From assembly GCA_963726455.1 (NCBI GenBank), contig CAVSCK010000005.1:192001-256000 (forward strand): a stretch of 64,000 bases of DNA. Direction: 5' to 3'. Numbering within the stretch: the stretch's first letter is position 1; every line of letters begins with the position of its first letter. Below the pieces are notes generated by a model, which searched no databases, was not told the DNA's origin, and saw only the letters and a program-made list of their open reading frames with translations. The DNA is from an uncultured bacterium. GTDB lineage: Bacteria; Zixibacteria; MSB-5A5; CAIYYT01. Below are positions 1-8,638 of this stretch, one piece after another. Made by a program: the position numbers and the translations under genes.

Positions 1-238
1 TCAGTGAATCAGACAATATGGCCAGACTACGCTTCAGTTGAGGATATTCCTCAAAGGATGCTGGTGATAATTTGGGAAGGTCAAAGTTGGATTGAACTAC
101 TGCTTCAGACATTGGTGTCGAGTTTACGTTGTGTCTGAAGATTTTATACAAAGAGAAGAAAGTCCAACCGATAGACACAATCAGAACGACTGAAAGAAGG
201 ACATCCAAGACTCTGCGAAGTCCAACTGGCAATTCCAT
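1..238 (-). CDS. Membrane-anchored hypothetical protein, first cargo gene of cassette L4 (partial, runs off window)
   Basis: ATG at 238 with GGAGG RBS; reads MELPVGLRRVLDVLLSVVLIVSIGWTFFSLYK... with an N-terminal TM segment, open to position 1. An in-frame upstream ATG at 286 adds MAVARTGPFQFMSGGS. Confidence 0.65.
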   Translation of the reverse strand, partial: MELPVGLRRVLDVLLSVVLIVSIGWTFFSLYKIFRHNVNSTPMSEAVVQSNFDLPKLSPASFEEYPQLKRSLAILSDSL

Positions 239-380
239 ACTGCCTCCACTCATGAACTGGAAAGGCCCAGTTCTTGCCACAGCCATTTTGCATGCCGCCT
301 GCCACTGACAGGTTCTGTCAGTACCAAGTCAGATAACCTGGAAACATCGGCAGTAGAGTTCTGCCACTGCCAGAGTGTTA

Positions 381-396
381 TGCAAGCAGTGTGCCG
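381..396 (-). promoter_or_regulatory. sigma54 -24/-12 promoter (cassette L4)
   Basis: Minus strand CGGCAC-ACTGC-TTGCA matches TGGCAC-N5-TTGCW. Confidence 0.8.
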
Positions 397-484
397 GATC
401 AGAGTTTGAACAGTCAAAATCTGCTAAGTAAAGATATGTAAAGAAGATAACGAATCATTGTGAGAGTGTCCGCCTGCGGAAAAA

Positions 485-627
485 TTCGCGAATTATTCGC
501 GAATTCGCGAAAAGTTCGCGAAACATTACGAGGATTTGCGAGTCGATATTATAAGGTGCTGTCTTTCAATCAATTAGTCATTCGCAGTTTTCGCGAACTC
601 TTTACGAGGATTTGCGAGTCGATGTTC
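485..627. promoter_or_regulatory. Putative enhancer (UAS): tandem TTCGCGAA palindromes, two copies of the 26-bp box, IHF-like site
   Basis: TTCGCGAA at 485, 496, 504, 515 and about 590; TTACGAGGATTTGCGAGTCGAT at 526 and 602; TTTCAA-TCAA-TTA near 564; 90-230 bp upstream of the sigma54 promoter. Confidence 0.65.
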
Positions 628-660
628 CAGCCGACGGGATGTTACTCCCGTCGGCAGGAA
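625..660 (-). terminator. Conserved 3' stem-loop after dockerin gene (cassette L3 end)
   Basis: TTCCAGCCGACGGGA-tgttac-TCCCGTCGGCAGGAA; repeated at 1852 and 4932; no clear U-tract. Confidence 0.5.
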
Positions 661-674
661 TATATGCGATGCAG

Positions 675-953
675 TTATTGGCAAATGCCGCAGTGTGGTT
701 GCGCACCGCCGGCAAAGGCATATTGAACTATGTAGGCGACGTCGGATATGTCCCTTTGTGCATCGACCAAGATGGTACTAGGTGGAAAAATGTGAAGCAC
801 TCGGAAGTCCAAGCGTTCCATTAGAATCACCTTCGTGGTAAGTTCGTCGATCGATTCCGTACGAAATTCGAGGTAGTTCATCCGGGTGAAGGCGCCACAT
901 GTCGCTGTAGCAAAGAGAAAGCACGCGACAACGGCCAAAAATCTCCAATTCAT
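675..953 (-). pseudogene. Internally deleted paralog of the dockerin-tailed metalloprotease (signal peptide + short N-terminus + last half of dockerin)
   Basis: MNWRFLAVVAC signal; NYLEFRTESIDE...RVLHIFPPS resembles GYIELNVGSFSE...RPIHVFPPS of 1902..3980; joined to the identical tail DISDVAYIVQYAFAGGAQPHCGICQ. Confidence 0.75.
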
Positions 954-993
954 TTTGTCCTTCCCCTTGGGGAGGCGCGGGCATTCCTTTGCT

Positions 994-1377
994 CTACGGG
1001 TTGTCACGAACGAGCTGGAAATCAACACCCAGCATGGTGCCCGAAGTCGCTCCAAGCGTAGTGCTCTTTGTCTGGTAACCGCTCTTTCCGGCGTATACCT
1101 GCCGATTTATCCTGCCAAAGCTAACCCAGGAATATCTTCCGCTGCTGTCCGCGTACACTCGATTGAAATGAATCGTATCCGAGGCAGATTCACTGAACCA
1201 ACCACCGACCAGGGGGGTGCCTCCGAGACTATCCGTGATTGTGCCCGAAACATTGGTTCCACCATGATCGCCCTCGCTGCATGACTCAATTGTCAACAGA
1301 GACAGCGTCGCAGAAACCAACAGGATGACGAGAATGCCTGCGCCTGTTCCAATGCTTAAAAGGTGTTCCGTTTTCAT
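994..1377 (-). CDS. Exported/lipoprotein with carboxypeptidase-regulatory-like (prealbumin-like) domain
   Basis: ATG 1377 after GAGGGAGG; hydrophobic leader then VSGTITDS...YADSSGRY...AGKSGYQTK; paralog of 4002..4361. Confidence 0.7.
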   Translation of the reverse strand: MKTEHLLSIGTGAGILVILLVSATLSLLTIESCSEGDHGGTNVSGTITDSLGGTPLVGGWFSESASDTIHFNRVYADSSGRYSWVSFGRINRQVYAGKSGYQTKSTTLGATSGTMLGVDFQLVRDNP

Positions 1378-1509
1378 TGTTAACCTCCCTCTCAGAGTGT
1401 GAGACTTATGATCCTTCATCGCGCGGGGGCAAGGAGCGACCCTTGCGTTACGTTCTGCTTTTGGGCCCCTCCGCGATCACTGACGTTTGAATCCCTGATT
1501 TGTGCAACG

Positions 1510-1581
1510 TCAACGATCCCTGGCGCACAACGCCGGAGGGGCTCGTTGTATTCCGAATAAGTTTGTGAACAAGTCACTCAT
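1510..1581 (-). CDS. Leader peptide MSDLFTNLFGIQRAPPALCARDR (RAPP motif)
   Basis: ATG preceded by GAGGGGAAGG RBS; 23 codons plus TGA; homologs at 8101 and 4625. Confidence 0.6.
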   Translation of the reverse strand: MSDLFTNLFGIQRAPPALCARDR

Positions 1582-1684
1582 TTTGCCTTCCCCTCGTCAC
1601 TGACAGGATCTGACAGTGAACGCTGTTCGAGCGCTACCCTGGAAAAATTGGCTTTGGCGTTCAGCCACCATCAGCAGGATGTAG

Positions 1685-1700
1685 TGCAACAAGTGTGCCG
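1685..1700 (-). promoter_or_regulatory. sigma54 -24/-12 promoter (cassette L3)
   Basis: CGGCAC-ACTTG-TTGCA on minus strand. Confidence 0.8.
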
Positions 1701-1851
1701 AGTGGGAGTTTGAACTGTCAGATTTTGCTAAGTGCGAGTTTGCAAAGAGGCCCACCAGCGCATAGCTCCTCCGCTGTTCCAGACTCCAAGATATGCAAGT
1801 CGTGGAGTCGTCGTAACACTTTTTTACTGGAAAGCGTGCGGAGAGTCAACG

Positions 1852-1887
1852 TTCCTGCCGACGGGATGTTACTCCCGTCGGCAGGAA
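1852..1887 (-). terminator. Conserved 3' stem-loop (cassette L2 end)
   Basis: Perfect 15-bp stem TTCCTGCCGACGGGA/TCCCGTCGGCAGGAA just downstream of the stop at 1902. Confidence 0.55.
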
Positions 1888-1901
1888 TATATGCTAAGCA
1901 G

Positions 1902-3980
1902 TTACTGGCAAATGCCACAATGTGGCTGCGCACCGCCAGCAAAGGCATATTGAACTATGTAGGCGACGTCGGAAATATCAACCGTGCAGTCGCCATTGGC
2001 GTCGCCTAGCCCAGTTGGTATCTGACAATCGCCCGGTTCCGGCCCCCCGGCGAAGATGTACTGGACAAGATAGACGGCGTCGGAAATATCAACTGAACCG
2101 CTGCCGTCGGCATCCCCGCAATAGGTGCACTGATAGTTGAAAGTGTAATTGATCGTCTGGGACTTGCCGCCATCAGGTCGCCAGGCATAAAACCGAGCCG
2201 TGTAAGTTTGATCCTGCGGCAGGAACATCATCGGCAAGGACTGCGGATAGTTCGATGCGTACAGCTTGTCCCAGATCGGTCGAGCAACGAGGTTATTTTG
2301 AGAATCGTATATGAAGCAGCGCACGTACGCCCAACTCTCAGTGAGCTTCCAATTTAGGAAGCCGTTGGAGTAGCTGATGTCAGTGAACACTGGGGATATC
2401 GATGGATCGGAGGAATTCAACCTGATCGTAAACGGCGAGCCATTGTTGATAGTTACATAATAGATCTGACCTGTGACGCAGGTCTGGTCGTCGTAATTGT
2501 GACCGTCCCAAATCGCGAAACTTTGGGTCGGGCTCACTCGGAACATATTGTCATCGGTAACAGATATCAGATTGACGAAATCCATGTCCAGCGTGTAGAT
2601 ACGCACCAGGTCGCCAGGATTCACATTTTGAATCGACTGCCAGCCGCCGTTGTTGGGATCGATAGGATCGCAAACGCCGTCGCCGTCAGAATCTCGCCAG
2701 CCAAGGTGTGCCAACGTGCTCGGGCACGCCCCCGAATAGTCCGACGTCTTCATAACACAGTACAAACATGGCTCACAGCAGTGTTGGCAATTAGCGTTAG
2801 GAACTTGAAGATAGCCGAACCTGTCCTGGCAAGAGGAATTGCCGCTGCAGTCACCCCCTTGGCGTTCATATTCGTCTGGTGCACGAAACAGGTGCGAGAT
2901 CTCGTGAGACAGTCGTTCGTGCAACCGAACCGCGCTCGCGTCAGTCATGTATCCCGATACCATCAGGGGGCCCATATAGTCCCTGTGTTCGGTGCCCGAC
3001 ATGACACAGAAGCCAGAGGCCCCGGCAGGGAAACCGTCCAGAAAGTAACGGGGCGACGGTTGGTTGACGTTTCTGACAACGTACGCAATTATGCCCCAGT
3101 TGGCTTGCAAGTCCTTCCTTAAGGAATTGACCATGCCAAAGGCTCCGTCCCACTTATCAGCGTAGCCAAAATTCTCCTGAATCTGGCTTAACCAACCGAA
3201 GCAGTAGGACGCCAAGGGGTAACAAAGACTCAGAGGAGTCTGATTGTTAGGGTAGAGATAGGCATCGCAGGGTTCATTAATCATTATGGGCACTCCGTCT
3301 TGGATGTTGAACGAATGGATTCCCGCTGCCCGGCTTTCTCTATAGATCCAGCACAGGCGAGCGTTGTTTTCGGTCGCCAACTCCCACAGGAAGTGGCAAG
3401 CTTCCACAGTCTCGACCAGAACACTGTCTAGCTCATAACTTGTCCAGTCTTCATCATGACTTTCACTCTCCGGAGTGATGAGCCATACTGCCACCTTTCC
3501 CATCAGATAATTCGCTGTGAACATGTTGGCGGGAGAGGGCACGGGAAAACTTGCGACTGGCACCGGCAGAAGTAGCGAATCCGCGAGAGTCGGTGGAGAA
3601 CCTTCATCACGAAAATTAGACGATTTCGACAACGAAGGTTCATTACTGTCTCTGATACAAAGAAAACTTTCGTACGCACCGCGATTCGATGCCCTTTGGG
3701 TCATTTGCTTGCCGCCAACGAACACAGATATTTTGTCGAACTGCGACACTGCTGTTCGAGGATCAACGCTGAGAATCTCGACAATCGCAGCTCCAGCTGC
3801 TTCGGCCGAGGGTGGGAACACATGAATCGGTCGCAAACCCCCAATTTCGAGCTGCTCAAGAACGGAATCCATTTCGGAAAAGCTCCCCACATTTAATTCT
3901 ATATAGCCTAAGTTGCTGCCAATTGCGCAGGCCGCAATGAAACAGATGGACGCTGCCATGACTGCCATTGATCGCAACAT
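1902..3980 (-). CDS. Secreted zinc metalloprotease (HExxH...D metzincin-like) with FlgD-like Ig domain and C-terminal dockerin
   Basis: Signal peptide; RLSHEISHLFRAPDEY and CVM Met-turn; AIWDGHNYDDQ...GQIYY; CGDADGSGSVDISDAVYL / GDANGDCTVDISDVAY dockerin repeats. Confidence 0.85.
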   Translation of the reverse strand: MLRSMAVMAASICFIAACAIGSNLGYIELNVGSFSEMDSVLEQLEIGGLRPIHVFPPSAEAAGAAIVEILSVDPRTAVSQFDKISVFVGGKQMTQRASNRGAYESFLCIRDSNEPSLSKSSNFRDEGSPPTLADSLLLPVPVASFPVPSPANMFTANYLMGKVAVWLITPESESHDEDWTSYELDSVLVETVEACHFLWELATENNARLCWIYRESRAAGIHSFNIQDGVPIMINEPCDAYLYPNNQTPLSLCYPLASYCFGWLSQIQENFGYADKWDGAFGMVNSLRKDLQANWGIIAYVVRNVNQPSPRYFLDGFPAGASGFCVMSGTEHRDYMGPLMVSGYMTDASAVRLHERLSHEISHLFRAPDEYERQGGDCSGNSSCQDRFGYLQVPNANCQHCCEPCLYCVMKTSDYSGACPSTLAHLGWRDSDGDGVCDPIDPNNGGWQSIQNVNPGDLVRIYTLDMDFVNLISVTDDNMFRVSPTQSFAIWDGHNYDDQTCVTGQIYYVTINNGSPFTIRLNSSDPSISPVFTDISYSNGFLNWKLTESWAYVRCFIYDSQNNLVARPIWDKLYASNYPQSLPMMFLPQDQTYTARFYAWRPDGGKSQTINYTFNYQCTYCGDADGSGSVDISDAVYLVQYIFAGGPEPGDCQIPTGLGDANGDCTVDISDVAYIVQYAFAGGAQPHCGICQ

Positions 3981-4001
3981 GCCTCCTTTCGACTTCGCGC
4001 A

Positions 4002-4361
4002 TCATTCAACACGACACAAATAGAAATAGACGCGTGCATCGGCCGTGAGATCTCGGAAATACTCCCGCTTGGAGCGGTACCCGGTGGCCGATGCCCATAG
4101 ATAACGGTTGCGTCCAGGTGTCGTGTACAGATGGAAAGAACCCGAAGTGTTAGTGTATACGGGACTGAAATTTGTGTCCGGTTCACTCTCGTTTCCCCAC
4201 CGAACACAGGCATTTGACATAGGAGTGTCCGTCGCACTGTCTGTCACCACTCCGCTGACGAGTACACTCGGATCGCCAAGGTTCCTACTGTGGCAACCTA
4301 CGGCCAAGACAATGACGGCAAGCGCAAACGCGCTCAACGCAACGATCCTTGATACTTTCAC
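4002..4361 (-). CDS. Lipoprotein with carboxypeptidase-regulatory-like domain
   Basis: GTG at 4361 after GGAAGGAG; lipobox LAVGC; VSGVVTDSATDTP...TNTSGSF...ASATGYRS. Confidence 0.75.
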   Translation of the reverse strand: MKVSRIVALSAFALAVIVLAVGCHSRNLGDPSVLVSGVVTDSATDTPMSNACVRWGNESEPDTNFSPVYTNTSGSFHLYTTPGRNRYLWASATGYRSKREYFRDLTADARVYFYLCRVE

Positions 4362-4624
4362 GACTTTCTCCTTCCAAAAACGTTTCCAACGCACTGTCTT
4401 ATCTTCATCGAGACTTTCCCGGTTTCGACACTTGAGCAGGCATGGGTCCGAGGATGTTAATCCGTAGCGGTTGACTCGGAACCCCGACCCAACTATCCTG
4501 CCCCACTCATCTGGATCCACTATCCCGACGGATACTGGCCCAATGGAAACTAAGTCTCGCCATTGTTACTGACGTTCAATAACTCACTTTGTGGAGTGTC
4601 AGCAACATTTAATTGACACGGTCC

Positions 4625-4675
4625 TCACGGCGGAGCTTTGTTAATTCTGAAAGGAACGGTTATATGTTCAGTCAT
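4625..4675 (-). CDS. Leader peptide MTEHITVPFRINKAPP (KAPP-stop)
   Basis: Same RBS/ATG context as the 1581 and 8172 starts; DNA diverges after the ATG but the peptide keeps T6, F9, I11 and [RK]APP. Confidence 0.6.
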   Translation of the reverse strand: MTEHITVPFRINKAPP

Positions 4676-4930
4676 TTTGCCTTCCCCCCGTCACTGACAG
4701 GATCTGACAGTGGACGGTGTTCGTGCGCTACCCTGGAAAGATTGGCTTTGGCGTTCAGCCACCATCAGCAGGATGTAGTGCAACAAGTGTGCCGAGTCGG
4801 AGTTTGAACTGTCAGATTTTGCTAAGTGCGAGCTTGCAAAGATGTTAGCCAAGCATCGACATAATCGTCGTCATACCAATTTCTCGCGAAAAGTTCGCGA
4901 AACCTTACGAGGATTTGTGAGTCGATGTTC
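4672..4930 (-). repeat. UAS + promoter repeat, cassette L2 copy
   Basis: Near-identical to 8169..8445 (fewer TTCGCGAA units); identity stops at the leader-peptide ATG. Confidence 0.95.
4779..4794 (-). promoter_or_regulatory. sigma54 -24/-12 promoter (cassette L2)
   Basis: CGGCAC-ACTTG-TTGCA on minus strand. Confidence 0.8.
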
Positions 4931-4931
4931 C

Positions 4932-4959
4932 TGCCGACGGGATGTTAGTCCCGCCGGCA
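4932..4959 (-). terminator. Conserved 3' stem-loop (cassette L1 end)
   Basis: TGCCGACGGGA-tgttag-TCCCGCCGGCA, a variant of the 625/1852 hairpins. Confidence 0.5.
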
Positions 4960-4977
4960 TTAACATTGAGAATACGG

Positions 4978-6819
4978 CTACAAACAGCTCCCACAGTGTG
5001 GTCGTGCGCCACCGGCAAAGATGTACTGTATCAAGAAGACAGCGTCGGAGATGTCGACAGCGCAATCGCCGTTGGCATCGGCAAGGCCGGCCTGTACCTG
5101 GCAATCGCGTGGTGCGGCGCCACCAGCGAAAATGTATTGGATGATATACACAGCGTCCGCGATGTCGACGGTGAGATCGTCGTTGGCATCGCCACAGCTC
5201 TTGCAGGCGATCATCACCGCACGCTGCTCGTTGACACGTCCCCAGCCGACCTGGTCATTGACGCGGCGGTATTCATTATCGGGCACGCCGTAGTGCTGCC
5301 GTTCGCACGACTTGCGAAGGATGTCGTACATGACCTCCGCCGAATCCTGATAGTGCCACCCCATCAGCCAAGGATCACGCACCAGCAGTCGGGCAGCGAT
5401 CCCCGCCACCACCGGTGCCGCGAAGGAAGTGCCGGTCAGGTGGCAAGCGTAATTTTCGTTTTCGTCACATGTATTACCCGACGTGCTAGGATTCAAACCA
5501 CCATAGCCCATCAAGTCGAGCGACCACAGATCCTTGCCCGGCGCCAGCAGATCAAGTGTCGCGCCTGTTGCCGAGCCGTCAACGCGATCATCCTTGTTGT
5601 CGCTCATGCCGACCCCAAGTACGTACCGTGAACTCGCTGGATACTCCACCCAACCTTTGTTCCCCGCAGCGACAATTGTGATCTTGCCGTTGCGATACAT
5701 CTCCCCCAACCTCCGCTCAATTTCGGAACTGTAGTTGATGCTCCAGGTGATGCACACGATTTGTGCCGCACCCGGCTGATAGCACACCCAGTCGAGGGCG
5801 CGAAGCCACACCGAGTTACTCGTCATACCGTACCAGTCCACGATCTTCACCGGCATTATTCTGGGCCGCGACTCCGTCCCCGCAAGTCCCACGGCGTTGT
5901 TTGTGTAGGCTTCCAGGATTCCTAAAACTGCCGTGCCGTGCCAGCAAATAGGATTCGAGTAGGTGCATTCGGTCGACGGATCATCGTCCGGCGGTCCGCC
6001 TGCCGACCAGCCCGCAGCATCGTATGGATGCCACCAGCAGTTGGACCGGAAGTCCTCGTGTGTCATCTGGTAGCCGGCATCCAAGACGGCTACGATAGGA
6101 GGCGTTAAGTTCGGATCGGAATACGGTTGCGCCGCTTCCCAGTCGATATCGGCCCCGGGCGTGCCGCCATTCTGACCGGTGTTTTTGAATTGCCACTGCT
6201 CTCCAAAGTAGGGATCGTTGGTGTTGGCATGCGCAGGATAGGTCAGATTCGGCTCCGCAACAATGCACAGACCGGTGTTGTTGAGGTTGCGTGCCAACTG
6301 CGTTATGTCGTAGGAATATCTGCCATTGTAGCTCACAATATGTGTCACCGTCAGACTCTCTTGGAAAGTCTCGGTGACCGTAAGACTGTAGATATGTTCA
6401 GTGGAGACAATCTGTTCCGGCGTCGTGGTCGGTTTCCAAGTAATAATCAAAGAGTTGTCCAACTTGCCACGGTCATCATAGACGGTCCTGACCACGGGGT
6501 TGACCATCAAGATGGTATCATTCATTCTTAGCGAACTCATGACGTCCTGAAGATCATAGCCCGTCTCGATGCCGAATACGAAGAACTGATTCGGGGCCTC
6601 TTCAATGTCGAAGGTGTCACTGAGAAAGGGCTGGGCAATGGCAAACTCAGCCGCGTTCGGCCCGGGGATGTTTGGATCGAAGCGAATCTCCACGAGATTA
6701 GTATAAGTCTCAAAATAGAGCGGACTGCCGTCCAAATCGTAATACCAATAGTTGCCCTGAGCATGCAGAGGAGCCGCCAACAGGGCCAGCAGGAACATGA
6801 CTGCAATTATCTTTTTCAT
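4978..6819 (-). CDS. Secreted S8 subtilase with C-terminal dockerin
   Basis: MKKIIAVMFLLALLAAPLHA signal at 6819; catalytic motifs VAVLDAG, HGTAVLG, GTSFAAPVVAG; CGDANDDLTVDIADAVY / DANGDCAVDISDAVF dockerin. Confidence 0.92.
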   Translation of the reverse strand: MKKIIAVMFLLALLAAPLHAQGNYWYYDLDGSPLYFETYTNLVEIRFDPNIPGPNAAEFAIAQPFLSDTFDIEEAPNQFFVFGIETGYDLQDVMSSLRMNDTILMVNPVVRTVYDDRGKLDNSLIITWKPTTTPEQIVSTEHIYSLTVTETFQESLTVTHIVSYNGRYSYDITQLARNLNNTGLCIVAEPNLTYPAHANTNDPYFGEQWQFKNTGQNGGTPGADIDWEAAQPYSDPNLTPPIVAVLDAGYQMTHEDFRSNCWWHPYDAAGWSAGGPPDDDPSTECTYSNPICWHGTAVLGILEAYTNNAVGLAGTESRPRIMPVKIVDWYGMTSNSVWLRALDWVCYQPGAAQIVCITWSINYSSEIERRLGEMYRNGKITIVAAGNKGWVEYPASSRYVLGVGMSDNKDDRVDGSATGATLDLLAPGKDLWSLDLMGYGGLNPSTSGNTCDENENYACHLTGTSFAAPVVAGIAARLLVRDPWLMGWHYQDSAEVMYDILRKSCERQHYGVPDNEYRRVNDQVGWGRVNEQRAVMIACKSCGDANDDLTVDIADAVYIIQYIFAGGAAPRDCQVQAGLADANGDCAVDISDAVFLIQYIFAGGARPHCGSCL

Positions 6820-6889
6820 TTTGTTAGACTCCGATTCTAGATTTTCGGACCGATGCGCATCTGGTAAGGCAGACGCTGTAGGTCCGGGG

Positions 6890-7978
6890 TTATGACTTTT
6901 CGTTACTCTTCTTGAGATTGGTGTCAACCACCAGCACCGATCCGGGCATGCGACCAGCCATTCGGCCCGTGGCGACATAAGCTTTCTCACCTGTGGGTGA
7001 AAAAATGATGTCGGAACCGGCGAGCGGAACGAGTGGATTAGGACCGTAGCCGAAGAGCGAGATACCCTGGCGATAGGCGCCGCTGGCGGCATCGAAAACA
7101 TAGATCGTTCCCGAGTCCCAGTCCCAGCCGGGTATGCCAGGATCCGTCATCCAGACTTCGCTGCCGTCAGGCGATACAGCGATCCCGCCGAATCGGCCCA
7201 GCGTCGGATAAGCCCAGATTACGCTTCGGCTGTTGAGATCGTAGCCCATTACGAAGCTCCGTCCGAGATCGTTGAACCACCGAAGGCACTTGAAGTAGAG
7301 CCGGTTTCGAGTGAAATCAATGCACGACCCAATCGGCTGGATAGTGTCTCCGGGCACGAGGTGCATGGGCAGCAACTCCAGCTTGCGGTCAAGGTAATCG
7401 TAGCTGTAGTAATCGAAACCGAGACTACGGTCACCGTTGCCATAGAGTAAGTGGCGTGCTTCGTCCACCCACAGGCCGTAGAACCCGACGATCGTGTCGA
7501 TTCGCTCCACCGCAAAGGATGGCAGATTCATAATGTACAACTCCCCCTGCATACTATTGCCGAGCGCCAGTCCTCGTTGGTTGTCGATGACCGGCAAGAA
7601 ATAGCGGGGCAGTTCAGTCACAAACTGGAGTGTTTGCGCATCGTAGACACGAGTTCGGGCATTGGCAAAGTCGACTGGGTTATAATCGACGATCAGATAG
7701 CGACCATCACCTGTCACTTCCAACCCGGCTGCGTCCCCGAATGACTTGGCTTCCGTAATGCTGTCCACCACAGAGTCACTTTCCATGTCGATCTTGTAGA
7801 CGTTGGACAGAGCTATGTTGAACTCCGAATAGTACAACCACCCCTTGTAATGCTGCACGACTGGATCGGTCGGACAGGTGGGGCAGTCTTTGGAGCAGCC
7901 GGCGGCCATCAGGGCGACCAACAGCAACAGCGCCGTCAGTGAACCGCGGACGCTTCCGAGCAATAACACTTTCTTCAT
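6890..7978 (-). CDS. YVTN/YncE-type beta-propeller lipoprotein (3' end probably frameshifted; likely true end KVITPDLQRLPYQMRIGPKI, stop at 6837)
   Basis: Lipobox MAAGC; GIAVSPDGSEVWMTD, GTIYVFDA, IIFSPTGEKAYVA, GSVLVVDT propeller blades. Confidence 0.8.
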   Translation of the reverse strand: MKKVLLLGSVRGSLTALLLLVALMAAGCSKDCPTCPTDPVVQHYKGWLYYSEFNIALSNVYKIDMESDSVVDSITEAKSFGDAAGLEVTGDGRYLIVDYNPVDFANARTRVYDAQTLQFVTELPRYFLPVIDNQRGLALGNSMQGELYIMNLPSFAVERIDTIVGFYGLWVDEARHLLYGNGDRSLGFDYYSYDYLDRKLELLPMHLVPGDTIQPIGSCIDFTRNRLYFKCLRWFNDLGRSFVMGYDLNSRSVIWAYPTLGRFGGIAVSPDGSEVWMTDPGIPGWDWDSGTIYVFDAASGAYRQGISLFGYGPNPLVPLAGSDIIFSPTGEKAYVATGRMAGRMPGSVLVVDTNLKKSNEKS

Positions 7979-8100
7979 GACATTCTCCCTTCTTAGCTGT
8001 AACTTACCTGCGAATTGTCAGCAGAGCGCAAACTTGCGTTACGTTCTGCTTTTGGGCCCCTCCGCGATCACTGACGTTTGAATCCCTGATTTGTGCAACG

Positions 8101-8172
8101 TCAACGATCCCTGGCGGACAACGCCGGAGGGGCTCGTTGTATTCCGAATAAGTTTGTGAACAAGTCCTTCAT
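8101..8172 (-). CDS. Leader peptide MKDLFTNLFGIQRAPPALSARDR (RAPP motif)
   Basis: ATG after GGGGGAAGG RBS; RAPP codons overlap a GC-rich hairpin. Confidence 0.6.
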   Translation of the reverse strand: MKDLFTNLFGIQRAPPALSARDR

Positions 8173-8274
8173 TTTGCCTTCCCCCGTCACTGACAGGATC
8201 TGACAGTGGACGGTGTTCGTGCGCTACCCTGGAAAGATTGGCTTTGGCGTTCAGCCACCATCAGCAGGATGTAG

Positions 8275-8290
8275 TGCAACAAGTGTGCCG
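8275..8290 (-). promoter_or_regulatory. sigma54 -24/-12 promoter (cassette L1)
   Basis: CGGCAC-ACTTG-TTGCA on minus strand. Confidence 0.8.
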
Positions 8291-8560
8291 ACTGAGAGTT
8301 TGAACTCTCAGATTTTGCTAAGTGCGAGTTTGCAAAGATGTTAGCCAAGCATCGACATAATCGTCGTCATACTAATTTCTCGCGAAATATTCGCGAATTC
8401 GCGAAAAGTTCGCGAAACCTTACGAGGATTTGCGGCTCCATGTTCTTCTGACCGAGAGGCGGATTCACCGGTTTCGGTGAGGTGATTTCCAGGGGCGTCT
8501 TTGACGATATAAAATGCAGAGACGAAACTAAACAATTTGGAGCGTTATACGTTTTTTCTA

Positions 8561-8588
8561 TTGACAGCACGCTTCACAAGTTTATATT
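8561..8588 (+). promoter_or_regulatory. sigma70-type promoter of the peptide/activator operon
   Basis: TTGACA-N16-TATATT with AT-rich upstream tract, 50 bp before ATG 8639. Confidence 0.65.
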
Positions 8589-8638
8589 CGCATTTAGGAT
8601 AGCAAAAAAAGAGCAAGACTCAAACCCAGAGTTTAACT

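Larger units (their letters stand above)
1442..1748 (-). repeat. Promoter + 5' leader repeat, cassette L3 copy
   Basis: About 305 bp near-identical to 8033..8338; 1578..1748 also matches 4672..4842; diverged copy at about 284..450. Confidence 0.95.
8033..8445 (-). repeat. UAS + promoter + 5' leader repeat, cassette L1 copy (most complete)
   Basis: Matches 1442..1748 and 4672..4930; four (C/T)TCGCGAA units at about 8379-8416 and the 26-bp box at 8420-8445. Confidence 0.95.

Noticed and set aside
481-627. TTCGCGAA tandem arrays as CRISPR or iterons
   Set aside because: 8-bp units with 0-3 bp gaps, no unique spacers, no cas or rep gene; they sit at enhancer distance from sigma54 promoters.
1600-1680. 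Leader as a c-di-GMP-I riboswitch (ACGCCAAAGCC resembles ACGCAAAGCC)
   Set aside because: The upstream GGCAAAC...GAAA tetraloop stem is missing and motif order does not fit.
675-1979. Duplicated dockerin 3' ends as a DGR template/variable repeat pair
   Set aside because: Differences are synonymous third-position changes, not adenine-specific, and there is no reverse transcriptase in the window.
625-4959. 3' hairpins as integron attC sites
   Set aside because: Too short, no convincing paired R/L boxes, no integron integrase, and cassettes carry their own promoters.
6820-7101. N-terminal extensions in the ORF track (7101, 4520, 29013, 50131, 60936, 18154)
   Set aside because: They overlap neighbouring genes or the tRNA; downstream starts with RBS, signal peptide or family N-terminus fit better.
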